This document shows positions 26,421-37,983 of a stretch of 64,000 nucleotides of DNA, piece after piece. This DNA is from Octopus vulgaris (lineage: Eukaryota). A program made the position numbers and the translations under genes. Numbering within the stretch: the first letter of the stretch is position 1; every line of letters begins with the position of its first letter. The stretch lies in contig OX597818.1 in NCBI GenBank assembly GCA_951406725.2, positions 7,006,001 through 7,070,000 of the forward strand. The letters are read 5' to 3'. The notes under the pieces were generated by a model. The model ran no database searches. It saw only the letters and a program-made list of their open reading frames with translations, and was not told where the DNA came from.

Positions 26421-28214
26421 CTTTTTTTTTCTTCTTTCAAATTTGCTTCCATTTCTTGCCAAGTATCTTCCCGACTCCTAGGGCAAAGAAACTCATAGTA
26501 TACATTGGTAGGTCATTAAACCAAACTCAATAGTTCGTTCATTAAAAATTTTTTTTTTTTTTAAGTTAAATTAAAATACATGAGCAGCAACAGTTCTCAC
26601 ATCGACAATGCTCTTCTCAATACGTGTGATGTACCAGTTAAGACAATATTTTGCACTTCTTGCAGAGATGGTAAGCCAGGGATCATTCTCATATAATTTT
26701 CGGTTCCCTTCTTGATCATTCCTAGTGCTCCTACGATCACTGGTATTGTAACCGCCTTGAGATGCCACATTTTCTCAATTTCAATGAGTAGGTCTTTATA
26801 TTTTCTGAGCTTGTCAAACTCTTTCGCTGAGATATTATGATCACAGGGGATGCTCATGTCGATCGATAAGCAAACTTTATTGTTTTGGTCTTTCACAACA
26901 ATATCTGGTTTATTGGCCTTGATGGTTCGGTCTGTATGTACTGGAAAGTCCCACAGAATGGTTACATTTTCTCCTTCAGTTACAGCCTCAGGGTGGTGAT
27001 TATACCACTTGTCGGCAGTTTTGATATTGTAATGCCGACTTATTAGCCAGTGTAGATATTGGCCAACTCTGTCATGTCTTAATTTATACTCCACTGGTGC
27101 TAAGACTTTACATCCAGAGATTAGGTGGTCCACTATTTCAATCATGTCGTTGCAGAATAGGCATTTTGGGTCTGCTCCATTTTTCATCACATTGGCCTGG
27201 TAGTTCAGGGTTACTAGGTTTTGATCTTGAGCAGCCAGGATGAAACCTTCGCTCTCTGCTTTTAGCCATGAGCTCCGTAGCCACTGATGGGTTTGCTTCT
27301 GGTCAACATCAGCTTGTTTGCTGCGGGCCACATATTTGCCGTGCAGAGGTTTCTCCTCCCACCTATCAGCCAATTGCTCGTGCGCTTTTTTCATTGCCAT
27401 TATTTTTACCTTCTTTACAACAATAGTTGCCGTACTTCCCTCGGGTTGTTCAATTTGGGTATCCTGCACGAGATCAATAGCAAATTTTTTGCTTTCCTTG
27501 ATGATAGAATGAAGCTTCTTTCGTCTCTCGTGATTTTCCACGAGCTTTAGCATCCAGTCATTCGTTATTTCGAGATATTTGGCCAGTCCAATTGTGTTTG
27601 TTTTGTAAGCTAGTTCAAATTGGATCAGGCCTCGACCTCCTCGGGCTCTGGGAAGGTAAAGGCGATCTACGTCTGCCTTTGGGTGGTGCATCCTATTACA
27701 ACTAAGCAGCTTGCGTATTTTCCTATCTATATTCTTTACTTCACTCATATTCCAGTTCAACACATTGTAGCTATAAGTAACAACTGGAACTGCTAAGGAA
27801 TTTATAGCTAACACCTTGTTACGTGCATTTAGTTCAGATTTCAGGACTGCACGAACTCTCCTATAACATTCCTTCCTGATCTTCTCTTTCATGCTTGCAT
27901 GCTGAATACCAGAGCCTTCATTTATCCCTAAATATTTGTATGTTTGTGCTTGCTCAAGCTCTCTTATGACTGTGTCAACATCTAACACGACTGAATTTGT
28001 GGTCTTCACTTTCCCTTTCTGGAAAGTGGCCTTGGCACACTTCTCAAGTCCAAACTCCATCCCGATGTCATCGCTGAATGCTTTCACGGTGCGCAATAGG
28101 CCTTCAAGTTCATTATTGTCTTTACCATAGAGTTTTAAGTCATCCATATAAAATAGATGGCTTATTTTTTTATTGGCAATTTTATACCCATACCCTGTTC
28201 TGTTTCATTCACTT
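26421..28214 (-). mobile_element. Dong/R4-like RLE non-LTR retrotransposon, family A copy 1, 5'-truncated, in (TAA)n
   Basis: (TTA)n on both sides; 3' UTR ends in an A-rich stretch; near-identical to 31391-33327. Confidence 0.93.
26597..28147 (-). CDS. Truncated RT C-terminal half, CCHC knuckle and restriction-like endonuclease (516 aa)
   Basis: YMDD, YKYLG, RGGRGL, CLFC...HLISGC, RHD, KPDIVV..IDMSIP...K..KY. Confidence 0.9.
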   Translation of the reverse strand: MDDLKLYGKDNNELEGLLRTVKAFSDDIGMEFGLEKCAKATFQKGKVKTTNSVVLDVDTVIRELEQAQTYKYLGINEGSGIQHASMKEKIRKECYRRVRAVLKSELNARNKVLAINSLAVPVVTYSYNVLNWNMSEVKNIDRKIRKLLSCNRMHHPKADVDRLYLPRARGGRGLIQFELAYKTNTIGLAKYLEITNDWMLKLVENHERRKKLHSIIKESKKFAIDLVQDTQIEQPEGSTATIVVKKVKIMAMKKAHEQLADRWEEKPLHGKYVARSKQADVDQKQTHQWLRSSWLKAESEGFILAAQDQNLVTLNYQANVMKNGADPKCLFCNDMIEIVDHLISGCKVLAPVEYKLRHDRVGQYLHWLISRHYNIKTADKWYNHHPEAVTEGENVTILWDFPVHTDRTIKANKPDIVVKDQNNKVCLSIDMSIPCDHNISAKEFDKLRKYKDLLIEIEKMWHLKAVTIPVIVGALGMIKKGTENYMRMIPGLPSLQEVQNIVLTGTSHVLRRALSM

Positions 28215-28261
28215 TTATTATTATTATTATTATTATTTTTTTTTTATTATTATTATTATTA

Positions 28262-28337
<76 letters not shown>

Positions 28338-28366
28338 CATTATTATTATTAGTATTAGTATTAGTA

Positions 28367-28406
<40 letters not shown>

Positions 28407-28420
28407 CATTATTATTATTA

Positions 28421-28484
<64 letters not shown>

Positions 28485-28491
<7 letters not shown>

Positions 28492-29363
28492 TCTCCCTTA
28501 GCGATGGCGGAGGTATTGTTTCTAGTTGTGTTTGTTTTGTCTCTGGACAAGATATCTCAAGAACCGCTGAATGTATTCGGATGAAACTCTCAGGGATGTT
28601 TGGCCTTATGATTGGTACGAAGTGTTTCCATTTTGGGAACGATCCGGTACCGGACAAGGATTTTGGATATATACTTTACATGATTGCAATCTTACGTTCA
28701 CTTTCAAGTTTTTCTCAATTATCTCCCTTTATCTTGTTTCCAAAGTTTTATATTCGTTTCTCTATAATAATTTTCCACGCGTATCTATCTTAGTAGAAAT
28801 TGATGGATAAATAAATCAAACTACATAAAGAAACGCAGCAAAACCGCCCAGTATTAGAATAACACTAACAATGTATACATTACTTATTATACATAAATAA
28901 TAACATGTTACAGTGCACTTGCATATATACACATATTTATACATCGATCGAAAACGACAAGAATACTACAGGAAGGCCGGAATTTAAACGAAGAGAAAAC
29001 CAAGTGTTCCGCTATCCATTTGAAAGTTCCTGAGTAGAACTTATTATTATTACCTCCGCCTTTGAAACTCTTCGTTAACCTTAGCTTCTATTCGTTAAGG
29101 ATATACAATTTATTACGGTTACTGAATTTTCTATAGCCACCTTCACAATTCCATGACTGCAATTGGGATCGATCAGGTAACGGACAAGGATTCTGGATTA
29201 TTTTTCTTTTTTTATACTTAATTCTTTTAAGCGTTCGGCTTTTAGTATTCTCGTTTGTGAGAGCAGATTTCAGATATTCTCATTTTAAAAATCATGTCCG
29301 ACAAATCGTTGAGAAGACGTTGTTGTTGCCTTGATGGAGGATTGCATTCTCTGAGAGCTCTTG
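28485..29363 (+). mobile_element. Helentron-associated (HINE-like) element(s), two starts sharing one end
   Basis: ttattacctc(t/c)..ggcggaggta hairpin at 28485, second ttattacctccgcc at about 29047; end ccttgatggaggattgcattctctgagagctcttgtt matches the reverse complement of the 24827 end. Confidence 0.6.
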
Positions 29364-29384
29364 TTGTTGGTGTTGTCGTCGTCG

Positions 29385-29500
<116 letters not shown>

Positions 29501-29537
29501 ATTATTATTATTATTAATTTATTTATTTATTTATTTA

Positions 29538-29737
29538 TTTATTATCATTATTATTTATGCTCTTTGCCCAGTTTCTAACGCTGGAGATTTACTACGGTCG
29601 TAGCTGTTCACTACCAGTGAACTAAGGTAATACCCCATCTTTTTCCAGCACCATCCAAAGTATTCGAGCTGTTCTAAGCAGTGTTGTTTTCTGCAAGTGC
29701 TCCACCCTTATTGCAGGTCCTATATGTTTGTCCCATG
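29538..29737 (-). mobile_element. Short 3' fragment of RLE retrotransposon family E
   Basis: Minus strand encodes IRVEHLQKTTLLRTARILWMVLEK, homologous to the QKIVLTGTSHVLRRALS C-terminus; followed by a UTR and (TAA)n. Confidence 0.75.
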
Positions 29738-29819
29738 ATCATGATCATCATCATCATCATCATCATTATCATCATCATCATCATCAACTTTATTATTATT
29801 AGTAGTAGTAGTAATAAGT

Positions 29820-30024
29820 TTGTCAGCTGCTAGAGTAGTTAGCACACTGGGCGAAATACTTAGCGGTATTTCGCCCGTCGTTCCGTTCTAAGTTCAAATT
29901 CTGCCGTGGCCGAATTTTCCTTTCACCCTTCAGAGTAGATAAAATCGGTACGAGTTGAACACTGAGGGCGATATAATCGACTCATCTGCACCTCCCACAA
30001 GCTGCCCTTGAGACAAAAACTTGA

Positions 30025-30026
<2 letters not shown>
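29820..30026 (+). mobile_element. Meta-domain tRNA-SINE
   Basis: gttagcacactgggcgaaatacttagcggtatttcg..gttcaaattc..cctttcaccctt. Confidence 0.8.
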
Positions 30027-30086
<60 letters not shown>

Positions 30087-30098
30087 AAAAAAAAAAAA

Positions 30099-30151
<53 letters not shown>

Positions 30152-30153
30152 TA

Positions 30154-30710
30154 AATGCCCTGATGCAGTACCAGGCAGTAGCTTTCATGGCTTCTGATCT
30201 TAACTGATTGGAAGTGTTATCATGTACATTGTTTTGTCATGGTATAAAAGATGGGCTACAGCAAATATTCTGCTCAATGCCACAGATTTGCTTGTCAGTT
30301 GTTTGACTTTAACCAGTTGAGCATGTCCCTTAATGGCTGACGATATGTGCATCTCTAATCACGAGCAGAAGTAGTGGGGAGCATCATAGCCATGTGTTGA
30401 GAGGGATTCTTTGGGGTTTGAATAATTCACCTCTGGAAACATAGGTGTTTCGTTCAACATCCTTAAACAACCCTTATTCAGGGACCTTTCGAGTGGGATG
30501 GGTTACTCGACCTGAAGAAAATTCTAACTGGGCCCCACCTGCAAGGTCATGTGCTGTTTATTTTGTTATGAGATCACCATGTCGCGCACATATGGTTGTG
30601 ATGCATGTGCCTAGTGTACCCTTATCAGACGGGTAGTCATGATGGGTAGACTGGGTTTCGTATATTTTACCCCAGTGTCACTTTGATGACATGCACTGCC
30701 CTCTCACTCA
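30154..30710 (+). mobile_element. ~555-bp non-coding element embedded in (TAA)n; candidate Dong-dependent non-autonomous element
   Basis: Highly similar copy at 59397-59930 (-) and partial copy at 41568-41724 (-); shared terminus aatgccctgatgcagt; no recognisable coding ORF or TIR. Confidence 0.8.
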
Positions 30711-30725
30711 ATAATAATAATAATA

Positions 30726-30800
<75 letters not shown>

Positions 30801-30874
30801 TTGTTGTTGTTGCTGTTGTTGTTGTTGTTATTATTATCAATAGTATTTTATTTGTTTATTTATTTATTTTTTTA

Positions 30875-31078
30875 GGCGGTGAGCTGGCAGAATTGTTAGC
30901 ACGCCGTGTGAAATACTTTGCAGTATATCGTCTGCCACTACGTTCTGAGTAGGTTGGCATCGCCTTTCATCCTTTCGGAGTCGATAAATTAAGTACCAGT
31001 GAAACACTGGGGTTAATGTAATCGACTAGTCCCCCACCCACAAACTTTCTGGCCTTGTGCCTATATTAGGAAGTATTA
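30875..31078 (+). mobile_element. Meta-domain tRNA-SINE
   Basis: ggcggtgagctggcagaattgttagc..gcctttcatcctttcggagtcgataaattaagtaccagt. Confidence 0.85.
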
Positions 31079-31111
31079 TTGTGTTTATTACCCATTACCC
31101 TATCATTAAAA

Positions 31112-31305
31112 CGGCAGGGAGATGGCAGAATAGTTAGCGCGCTGGCATTTCTTTCCTCCTTACGTTCTGAGTTCAAATTATTCTAAGGTCGACTTTGCCT
31201 TTCATCCCTTGGGGGTTCAATAAAATATCTACCAGTTGAACACCGGGGTTGATGTAATCGCCTAGTTCTTCTCAAATATCAGGCCTTGTGCCTTTAGAAC
31301 AAAGG

Positions 31306-31308
<3 letters not shown>
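31112..31308 (+). mobile_element. Meta-domain tRNA-SINE ending in an (ATT)n tail
   Basis: gttcaaatta..gtcgactttgcctttcatccctt..aaaggattattatt. Confidence 0.85.
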
Positions 31309-31340
<32 letters not shown>

Positions 31341-31341
31341 C

Positions 31342-31390
<49 letters not shown>

Positions 31391-31391
<1 letters not shown>

Positions 31392-33327
31392 TTTTTTTTT
31401 TTCTTCTTTCAAATTTTCTTCCATTTCTTGCCGAGTGTCTTCCCGACTCCTAGGGCAAAGAAACTCATAGTGTATATTGGTAGGCCATTAAACCAAACTC
31501 AGTAGTTCGTTCATTTTTTTTTTTTTTTTTTTTTTTAAAGTTAAATTAAAATACATGAGCAGCAACAGTTCTCACATCGACAATGCTCTTCTCAATACGT
31601 GTGATGTACCAGTTAAGACAATCTTTTGCACTTCTTGCAGGGATGGTAAGCCAGGGATCATTCTCATATAATTTTCGGTTCCCTTCTTGATCATTCCTAG
31701 TGCTCCTACGATCACTGGTATTGTAACCGCCTTGAGATGCCACATTTTCTCAATTTCAATGAGTAGGTCTTTATATTTTCTGAGCTTGTCAAACTCTTTC
31801 GCTGAGATATTATGATCACAGGGGATGCTCATGTCGATCAATAAGCAAACTTTATTGTTTTGGTCTTTCACAACAATATCTGGTTTATTGGCCTTGATGG
31901 TTCGGTCTGTATGTACTGGAAAGTCCCACAGAATGGTTACATTTTCTCCTTCAGTTACAGCCTCAGGGTGGTGATTATACCACTTGTCGGCAGTTTTGAT
32001 ATTGTAATGCCGACTTATTAGCCAGTGTAGATATTGGCCAACTCTGTCATGTCTTAATTTATACTCCACTGGTGCTAAGACTTTACATCCAGAGATTAGG
32101 TGGTCCACTGTTTCAATCATGTCGTTGCAGAATCGGCATTTTGGGTCTGCTCCATTTTTCATCACATTGGCCTGGTAGTTCCGGGTTAATAGGCTTTGGT
32201 CTTGAGCAGCCAGGATGAAACCTTCGCTCTCTGCTTTTAGCCCTGAGCTCCGCAGCCACTGATGGGTTTGCTTCTGGTCAACATCAGCTTGTTTGCTGCG
32301 GGTCACATATTTGCCGTGCAGAGGTTTCTCCTCCCACCTATCAGCCAATTGCTCGTGCGCTTTTTTCATTGCCATCATTTTCACCTTCTTTGCAACAAAA
32401 GTTGCCGTACTTCCCTCGGGTTGTTCAGTTTGGGTATCCTGCACGAGATCAATAGCAAATTTTTTGCTTTCCTTGATGATAGAATGAAGCTTCTTTCGTC
32501 TCTCGTGATTTTCCACGAGCTTTAGCATCCAGTCATTCGATATTTCGAGATATTTGGCCAGTCCAATTGTGGTTGTTTTGTAAGCTAGTTCAAATTGGAT
32601 CAGGCCTCGACCTCCTTGGGCTCTGGGAAGGTAAAGGCGATCTACGTCTGCCTTTGGGTGGTGCATCCTATTACAACTCAGCAGCTTGCGTCTTTTTCTA
32701 TCTATATTCTTTACTTCACTCATATTCCAGTTCAACAGATTGTAGCTATTAAGTAACAACTGGAACTGCTAAGGAATTTATAGCTAACACCTTGTTACGT
32801 GCATTTAGTTCAGATTTCAGGACTGCACGAACTCTCCTATAACATTCCTTCCTGATTTTCTCTTTCATGCTTGCATGCTGAATACCAGAGCCTTCATTTA
32901 TCCCTAAATATTTGTATGTCTGTTCTTGCTCAAGCTCTCTTATGACTGTGTCAACATCTAACACGACTGAATTTGTGGTCTTCACTTTCCCTTTCTGGAA
33001 AGTGGCCTTGGCACACTTCTCAAGTCCAAACTCCATCCCGATGTCATCGCTGAATGCTTTCACTGTGCGCAATAGGCCTTCAAGTTCATTATTGTCTTTA
33101 CCATAAAGTTTTAAGTCATCCATATAAAATAGATGGCTTATTTTTTTATTGGCAATTTTATACCCATACCCTGTTCTGTTTAATTCACTTGTAAGGGGTA
33201 TTAGGGCTATGCAGAATATTAAAGGTGAAAGTGAGTCACCTTGAAAAATTCCACAGTTGATGTTTATATTTTCTGAGGCAAGTACTCCATTAGAGTGGTA
33301 TAATTGGAGATTCGTATTCCACAACGT
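31391..33327 (-). mobile_element. Dong/R4-like family A copy 2, 5'-truncated
   Basis: Near-identical to copy 1; extends further 5' to include GIFQGDSLSPLIF. Confidence 0.93.
31572..33327 (-). pseudogene. RT-CCHC-RLE reading frame split by a +1 frameshift near 32750
   Basis: ORFs 32749-33384 and 31572-32759 join; ctattaagtaac here versus ctataagtaac in copy 1. Confidence 0.9.
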
Positions 33328-33351
33328 ATTATTATTATTATCATTATTATT

Positions 33352-34126
33352 GTCATTTACTTTTAATCTGCATGTTTGATGCAATCACCTGCCGGGGCAC
33401 ACCCAGCGCCCTAGGGCAAGTGAAGGTTAAGAGTTGTTGAAATATAGCTGAAAGCTTGGGGAGGGGAAGTAGAGAAATATCTCCATGTAATACAAACACA
33501 AACATTTACATTGATAGGGTTTTTCTAAGGATGTGGGCAGTACTTGTTAGCACAATCTTTTGGATTTCCTTGAGACATGGTTTTCCAGGGATATTGTCTA
33601 GGTGTTTCTGACATCCCTTTTTTATCATACCTAGGGCACCTACAATAACAGGAACAGTTTTTGTTTTAAGATTCCACATCCTCTGTATTTCGATTTCCAG
33701 GTCCTTATATTTACTAAGTTTGTCAAATTCCTTGACAGATACATTTTTATCAGTGGGGACGCTTACTTCTATTAGTCTGCAGGTATTTTCTTCCCTGTCT
33801 TTAACAATTATGTCTGGTCGATTAGCCTTGATCGTTCTGTCAGTGTTGACTGGAAAATCCCAGAGGATGGTGACATCTTTACCTTCAACAACTGGCTGAG
33901 GATGGTGTTCATACCAGTTAGCAGGAGTGTCGGATTTGTAGTGTTTACATATCTTCCAATGTATATACTGTCCTACCCTATCGTGGCGATTTTTGTATTC
34001 GTTTGGTGTCAGCACAGGACATCCCGAAACGAGATGGTCTATTGTTTCGTCAGTTTGGTGTCAGCACAGGACATCCTTATGGTGTCAGCACAGGACATCC
34101 TTATTTGGTGTCAGCACAGGACATCC
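33352..34126 (-). mobile_element. Dong/R4-like family B 3' fragment (RLE domain, ORF 33506-34015)
   Basis: RHDRVGQYIHW..WDFPV.TDRTIKANRPDIIV..KEFDKLSKYKDLEIE; divergent from family A; four 21-bp repeats at the 5' junction. Confidence 0.9.
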
Positions 34127-34129
34127 TTA

Positions 34130-34214
<85 letters not shown>

Positions 34215-34350
34215 GATTATTATTATTATATTATTATTATTATTATCATTATTATTATTATTATTTTTATTATTATGATCATTATCATTATTATTATTAT
34301 TATTATCATTATTATTATTATTATTATTATTGTTATTATTATTATTATTA

Positions 34351-34411
<61 letters not shown>

Positions 34412-34413
<2 letters not shown>

Positions 34414-34776
34414 CTTCTTTCTTCAAATTTTCTTACATTTCTCGCCGAGTGATTTCCGTACACCTAGAGCACAGAAGCTCATTTATGCATTCCCAGCTTA
34501 CACGCGCAAATTCACAGATAAAATATGTATTTAAAAATTAATAAATAAATAAATTCATCAATGGATGTTGTTTACACAGCGATAATGCTCTTCTTAGTAC
34601 ATGAACCGTTCCAGTTATTACGAGTTTTTGCACTTCCTGTAGGGATAGTAAGCATGGGATCATTTTCAAATAGTACCTTTTTTTATCATTCCTAGAGATC
34701 CTACAATCACTGGTACTGTAGTCGCCTTGAGATGCCACATTTTTTAAATTTCTATCAGCAAGTCTTTATATTTATT
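34412..34776 (-). mobile_element. Dong/R4-like family C 3' end, left part (split by the PLE insertion)
   Basis: KMIPCLLSLQEVQKLVITGTVHVLRRALS; continues at 37376. Confidence 0.85.
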
Positions 34777-34953
34777 ACGTTTAAATATTTGTTGTGCAAG
34801 ATTTTTTATGTGAAGTCGTGTGTTGAAACAGATATTGTTATATTTCGGAATGGTCATATTGCCAGTTTAGCCAATAAAAACACACGCACTATATATTTGG
34901 TGTTATTTTGCTTCAGTGATATTTATTTTTTACATTAATCTTAATCTTATTTC

Positions 34954-34998
34954 GGCCAAAGTTCTTTCGTCACACTCCTGTGACCGCATCAGTGGTCC
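34954..34998 (-). ncRNA. Hammerhead-like motif, inverted-arm copy (core CUGAUG-CG)
   Basis: ggacca-CTGATGcg-gtcac.aggagt.gtgac-GAAA-gaac-UU-tggcc. Confidence 0.5.
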
Positions 34999-35366
34999 TT
35001 TGTTTTCTTCTCACTTACTTGTGTCTCTCCTTACTAACCGTCAGCCATTTTGTATTTCTATTGTATGTCTTCATTTGCGCATGCTTATATCTCTATGTGC
35101 GTCTATGTTTATTTAGTGTGTGTGTGGGGGGGATGCCTGTAATATTTCTATCTTCTGTTTATATACATTCTTGTAATTTGTATTTTGTTTTTGTTGTTGT
35201 TGCTTTTGTTCGAATTTTGTTCATGTGTTTACATCCACCTATTATTATCATTACATATGCTTGTATGTATGTATAACAACAATATTAGTAATAATAATAA
35301 TAAATCTAATCGAAAAATATATATATATATATATATACATATATACACACATATATACACATATAC

Positions 35367-35398
<32 letters not shown>

Positions 35399-35573
35399 AT
35401 ATATATAGTTATTCATTTCTATTTCTTTAATTATCTGCCTTTACTACTATATTGATATCATCAACATAGCGAGAGTACATGTTTACGAGCATGGATTTCT
35501 GCAGTAGGCATTCTTTAAGCCTTCTGTCCCACCATACCATGAAGAGGTTGGCCACATCACCAGCGATACTAAC

Positions 35574-36723
35574 ATGTACTCTCGCTATGTTGATGATATC
35601 AATATAGTAGTAAAGGCACCCCCACAAGAGAGTAATGTTGATATAGTAATAGAAACTAATACTATGGGGAGCATCCAGCAAATAGCTAACTCCATCCACC
35701 AGAGTATTAAGGTCACAATAGACTACCCCACTAAACACCCCAACCATAGACTACCAGTACTAGACACTGAACTCTGGCTAGAAATTGTGAAAAATAAAAC
35801 CCAAATCCTTCATTCATACTATGCAAAACCTATGGCCTCAAAATACCTGATCCACCGGAACTCAGCCATTGCGGGCAATGCCAAATTCAATATTTTGATG
35901 GCAGACCTCGTCAGAATAATGAGAAATGTGTCACGCATGTGCGAGCCTACAGAGTTAAAGAGACACATACAGTATTTCATTCACCGCATGCAGTTCTCAG
36001 GTTACAGCCATAAAGAAAGGATCAGAGTATACAAAGGAGCCATGAAGAAATTTGATAATATATTATGTAATGATAGGAATGGGATTTGCCAACTCTATAG
36101 GAACAAGTCATGGAACACTATAGAAAGGACAAAAAAGAAAATAGGGAAGGCCAACTCTTGGTATGATAGCCATAAATACCAGAGTGTCATGTTCGTTGAC
36201 ACCACCCCTGGAGGTGAACTGGCGTACCGCTTTAGAAGGACCCTAGATAAACTTAAACTAAGAATTAAGGTTGTTGAAAAGCCAGGCAACCCTATCAGAT
36301 CTATAACTGGTAGAACCTATCCTTTTAGTAAGAACTCTCTGTACGGATAACTATTGCACTGTATGTAGATTTAGCCCACAAACAAACTGTAAAGCCAGAA
36401 ATGTGGTCTATAGTATAAGATGTATAGAGGGACGATGCAGTAACAAGACAGTAACATACGTAGGGGAAACAGCAAGAAGCATTGGAGAGCGGGTGAATGA
36501 ACATTGGAGACAACTCAAGGAAGGTAAAAGCTCATCGATTCTGTACCAACACGCCGAACAAGAACACGGGGGATCAATCAATAACATAGAGATTAAGATA
36601 TTGTCCACACATAGAACAGATGCAACAATTAGACAAATTACAGAAGCTACACATATAATAGAAAATAAACCTAGCCTGAATAGAAAACTAGAATGGAGCA
36701 ATAGCACACACCACAACATATGA
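35574..36723 (+). pseudogene. Naiad-like PLE protein: RT motif C to thumb, Cys knuckle and GIY-YIG, with one +1 frameshift near 36338
   Basis: RYVDD, LPVLD, YYAKPMAS, MQFSGY, FVDTTPGGELA, KVVEKPG; after the shift CTDNYCTVC..C..NVVYSIRC..C..YVGETARSIGERVNEH..EA..I..LN. The clade call rests on motif recall. Confidence 0.88.
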
Positions 36724-36843
36724 CGATAGTGGATCCTGCAAACATAATAAATACACAGATAATTAAAGAAATAGAAATGAATAACTATATATATGTATGT
36801 GTGTATATATATATATATATGTATATGTGTATATATGTGTGTA

Positions 36844-36888
<45 letters not shown>

Positions 36889-37209
36889 TTTTTTTCCGAT
36901 TAGATTTATTATTGTTATTACTAATATTGTTGTTATACATACATACAAGCATATGTAATGATAATAATAGGTGGATGTAAACACATGAACAAAATTCGAA
37001 CAAAAGCAACAACAACAAAAACAAAATACAAATTACAAGAATGTATATAAACAGAAGATAGAAATATTACAGGCATCCCCCCCCCCACACACTAAATAAA
37101 CATAGACGCACATAGAGATATAAGCATGCGCAAATGAAGACATACAATAGAAATACAAAATGGCTGACGGTTAGTAAGGAGAGACACAAGTAAGTGAGAA
37201 GAAAACAAA

Positions 37210-37254
37210 GGACCACTGATGCAGTCACAGGAGTGTGACGAAAGAACTTTGGCC
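37210..37254 (+). ncRNA. Hammerhead-like motif in the 3' pseudo-LTR (core CUGAUG-CA)
   Basis: Stem I gg(a)cca/tggcc, 5-bp stem II gtcac/gtgac, GAAA, minimal stem III, triplet CUU; one extra core nucleotide. Confidence 0.55.
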
Positions 37255-37375
37255 GAAATAAGATTAAGATTAATGTAAAAAATAAATATCACTGAAGCAA
37301 AATAACACCAAATATATAGTGCGTGTGTTTTTATTGGCTAAACTGGCAATATGACCATTCCGAAATATAACAATA

Positions 37376-37542
37376 TTTATATTTATTGATCTTGTCAAAT
37401 TCTTTCGCCGCTATATTGTGATCGCAAGGAATACTCATGTCAATTAATAAACATCTTTTTTGTCTGATCTTTTATAATAATATCCGGTTTATTAGCTTTT
37501 ATAGTTTTGTCGGTATGTACGGGGAAGTCCCATAGAATCGGA
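37376..37542 (-). mobile_element. Dong/R4-like family C, right part
   Basis: PILWDFPVHTDKTIKANKPDIIIKDQ..KEFDKINKY; joins 34412-34776 across the TSD. Confidence 0.85.
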
Positions 37543-37567
37543 CTTCTTCTTCTTCTTCTTCTTCTTC

Positions 37568-37631
<64 letters not shown>

Positions 37632-37633
37632 CA

Positions 37634-37754
<121 letters not shown>

Positions 37755-37768
37755 TATTATTATTATTA

Positions 37769-37983
37769 AGGCGGAGAGCTAACACAATCGTTAATAGGCC
37801 GGGCAAAATGCTTAGTGGTATATCTTCCGTCCTTTCGTTCTGAATTCATATTCCGCCGCGATTGACTTCGACTTTCACCATTTCAGTGTCGATAAAATAA
37901 GTACCAGTTGAACACGGGTGGTTGTAATCAACTAGCCCCGCCCCGCCAAATCTTAGGCCTTTTGCCTATAATGGAAAGAATTG
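37769..37983 (+). mobile_element. Meta-domain tRNA-SINE
   Basis: ggcggagagct..atcgttaa..ctttcaccatttcagtgtcgataaaataagtaccagtt. Confidence 0.8.

Larger units (their letters stand above)
34777..37375 (+). mobile_element. Naiad-like PLE, 5'-truncated, with inverted terminal arms and a 12-bp TSD
   Basis: Arms 34832-35437 and 36756-37376 are reverse complements; tttatatttatt is duplicated at 34765-34776 and 37376-37387. Confidence 0.9.

Noticed and set aside
30154-30235. Resemblance of the element's start to U2 snRNA words (tgcagtacc; ggct..gatc..aagtgt) or to an HDV-like ribozyme
   Set aside because: Matches are short, gapped and out of order, and I could not build the HDV P1/P3/P1.1 pairing. 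An Rfam cmscan would settle it.
34004-34126. CRISPR-like short direct repeats
   Set aside because: Spacers of 31, 3 and 5 nt; the repeat is retrotransposon coding sequence; eukaryotic context with no cas genes.
36330-36770. Selenocysteine/SECIS in the Naiad-like element
   Set aside because: Linker Cys codons are TGT/TGC, the break is a +1 frameshift rather than an in-frame TGA, and the atgac..aaa..agat segment after the stop lacks proper SECIS helix spacing.
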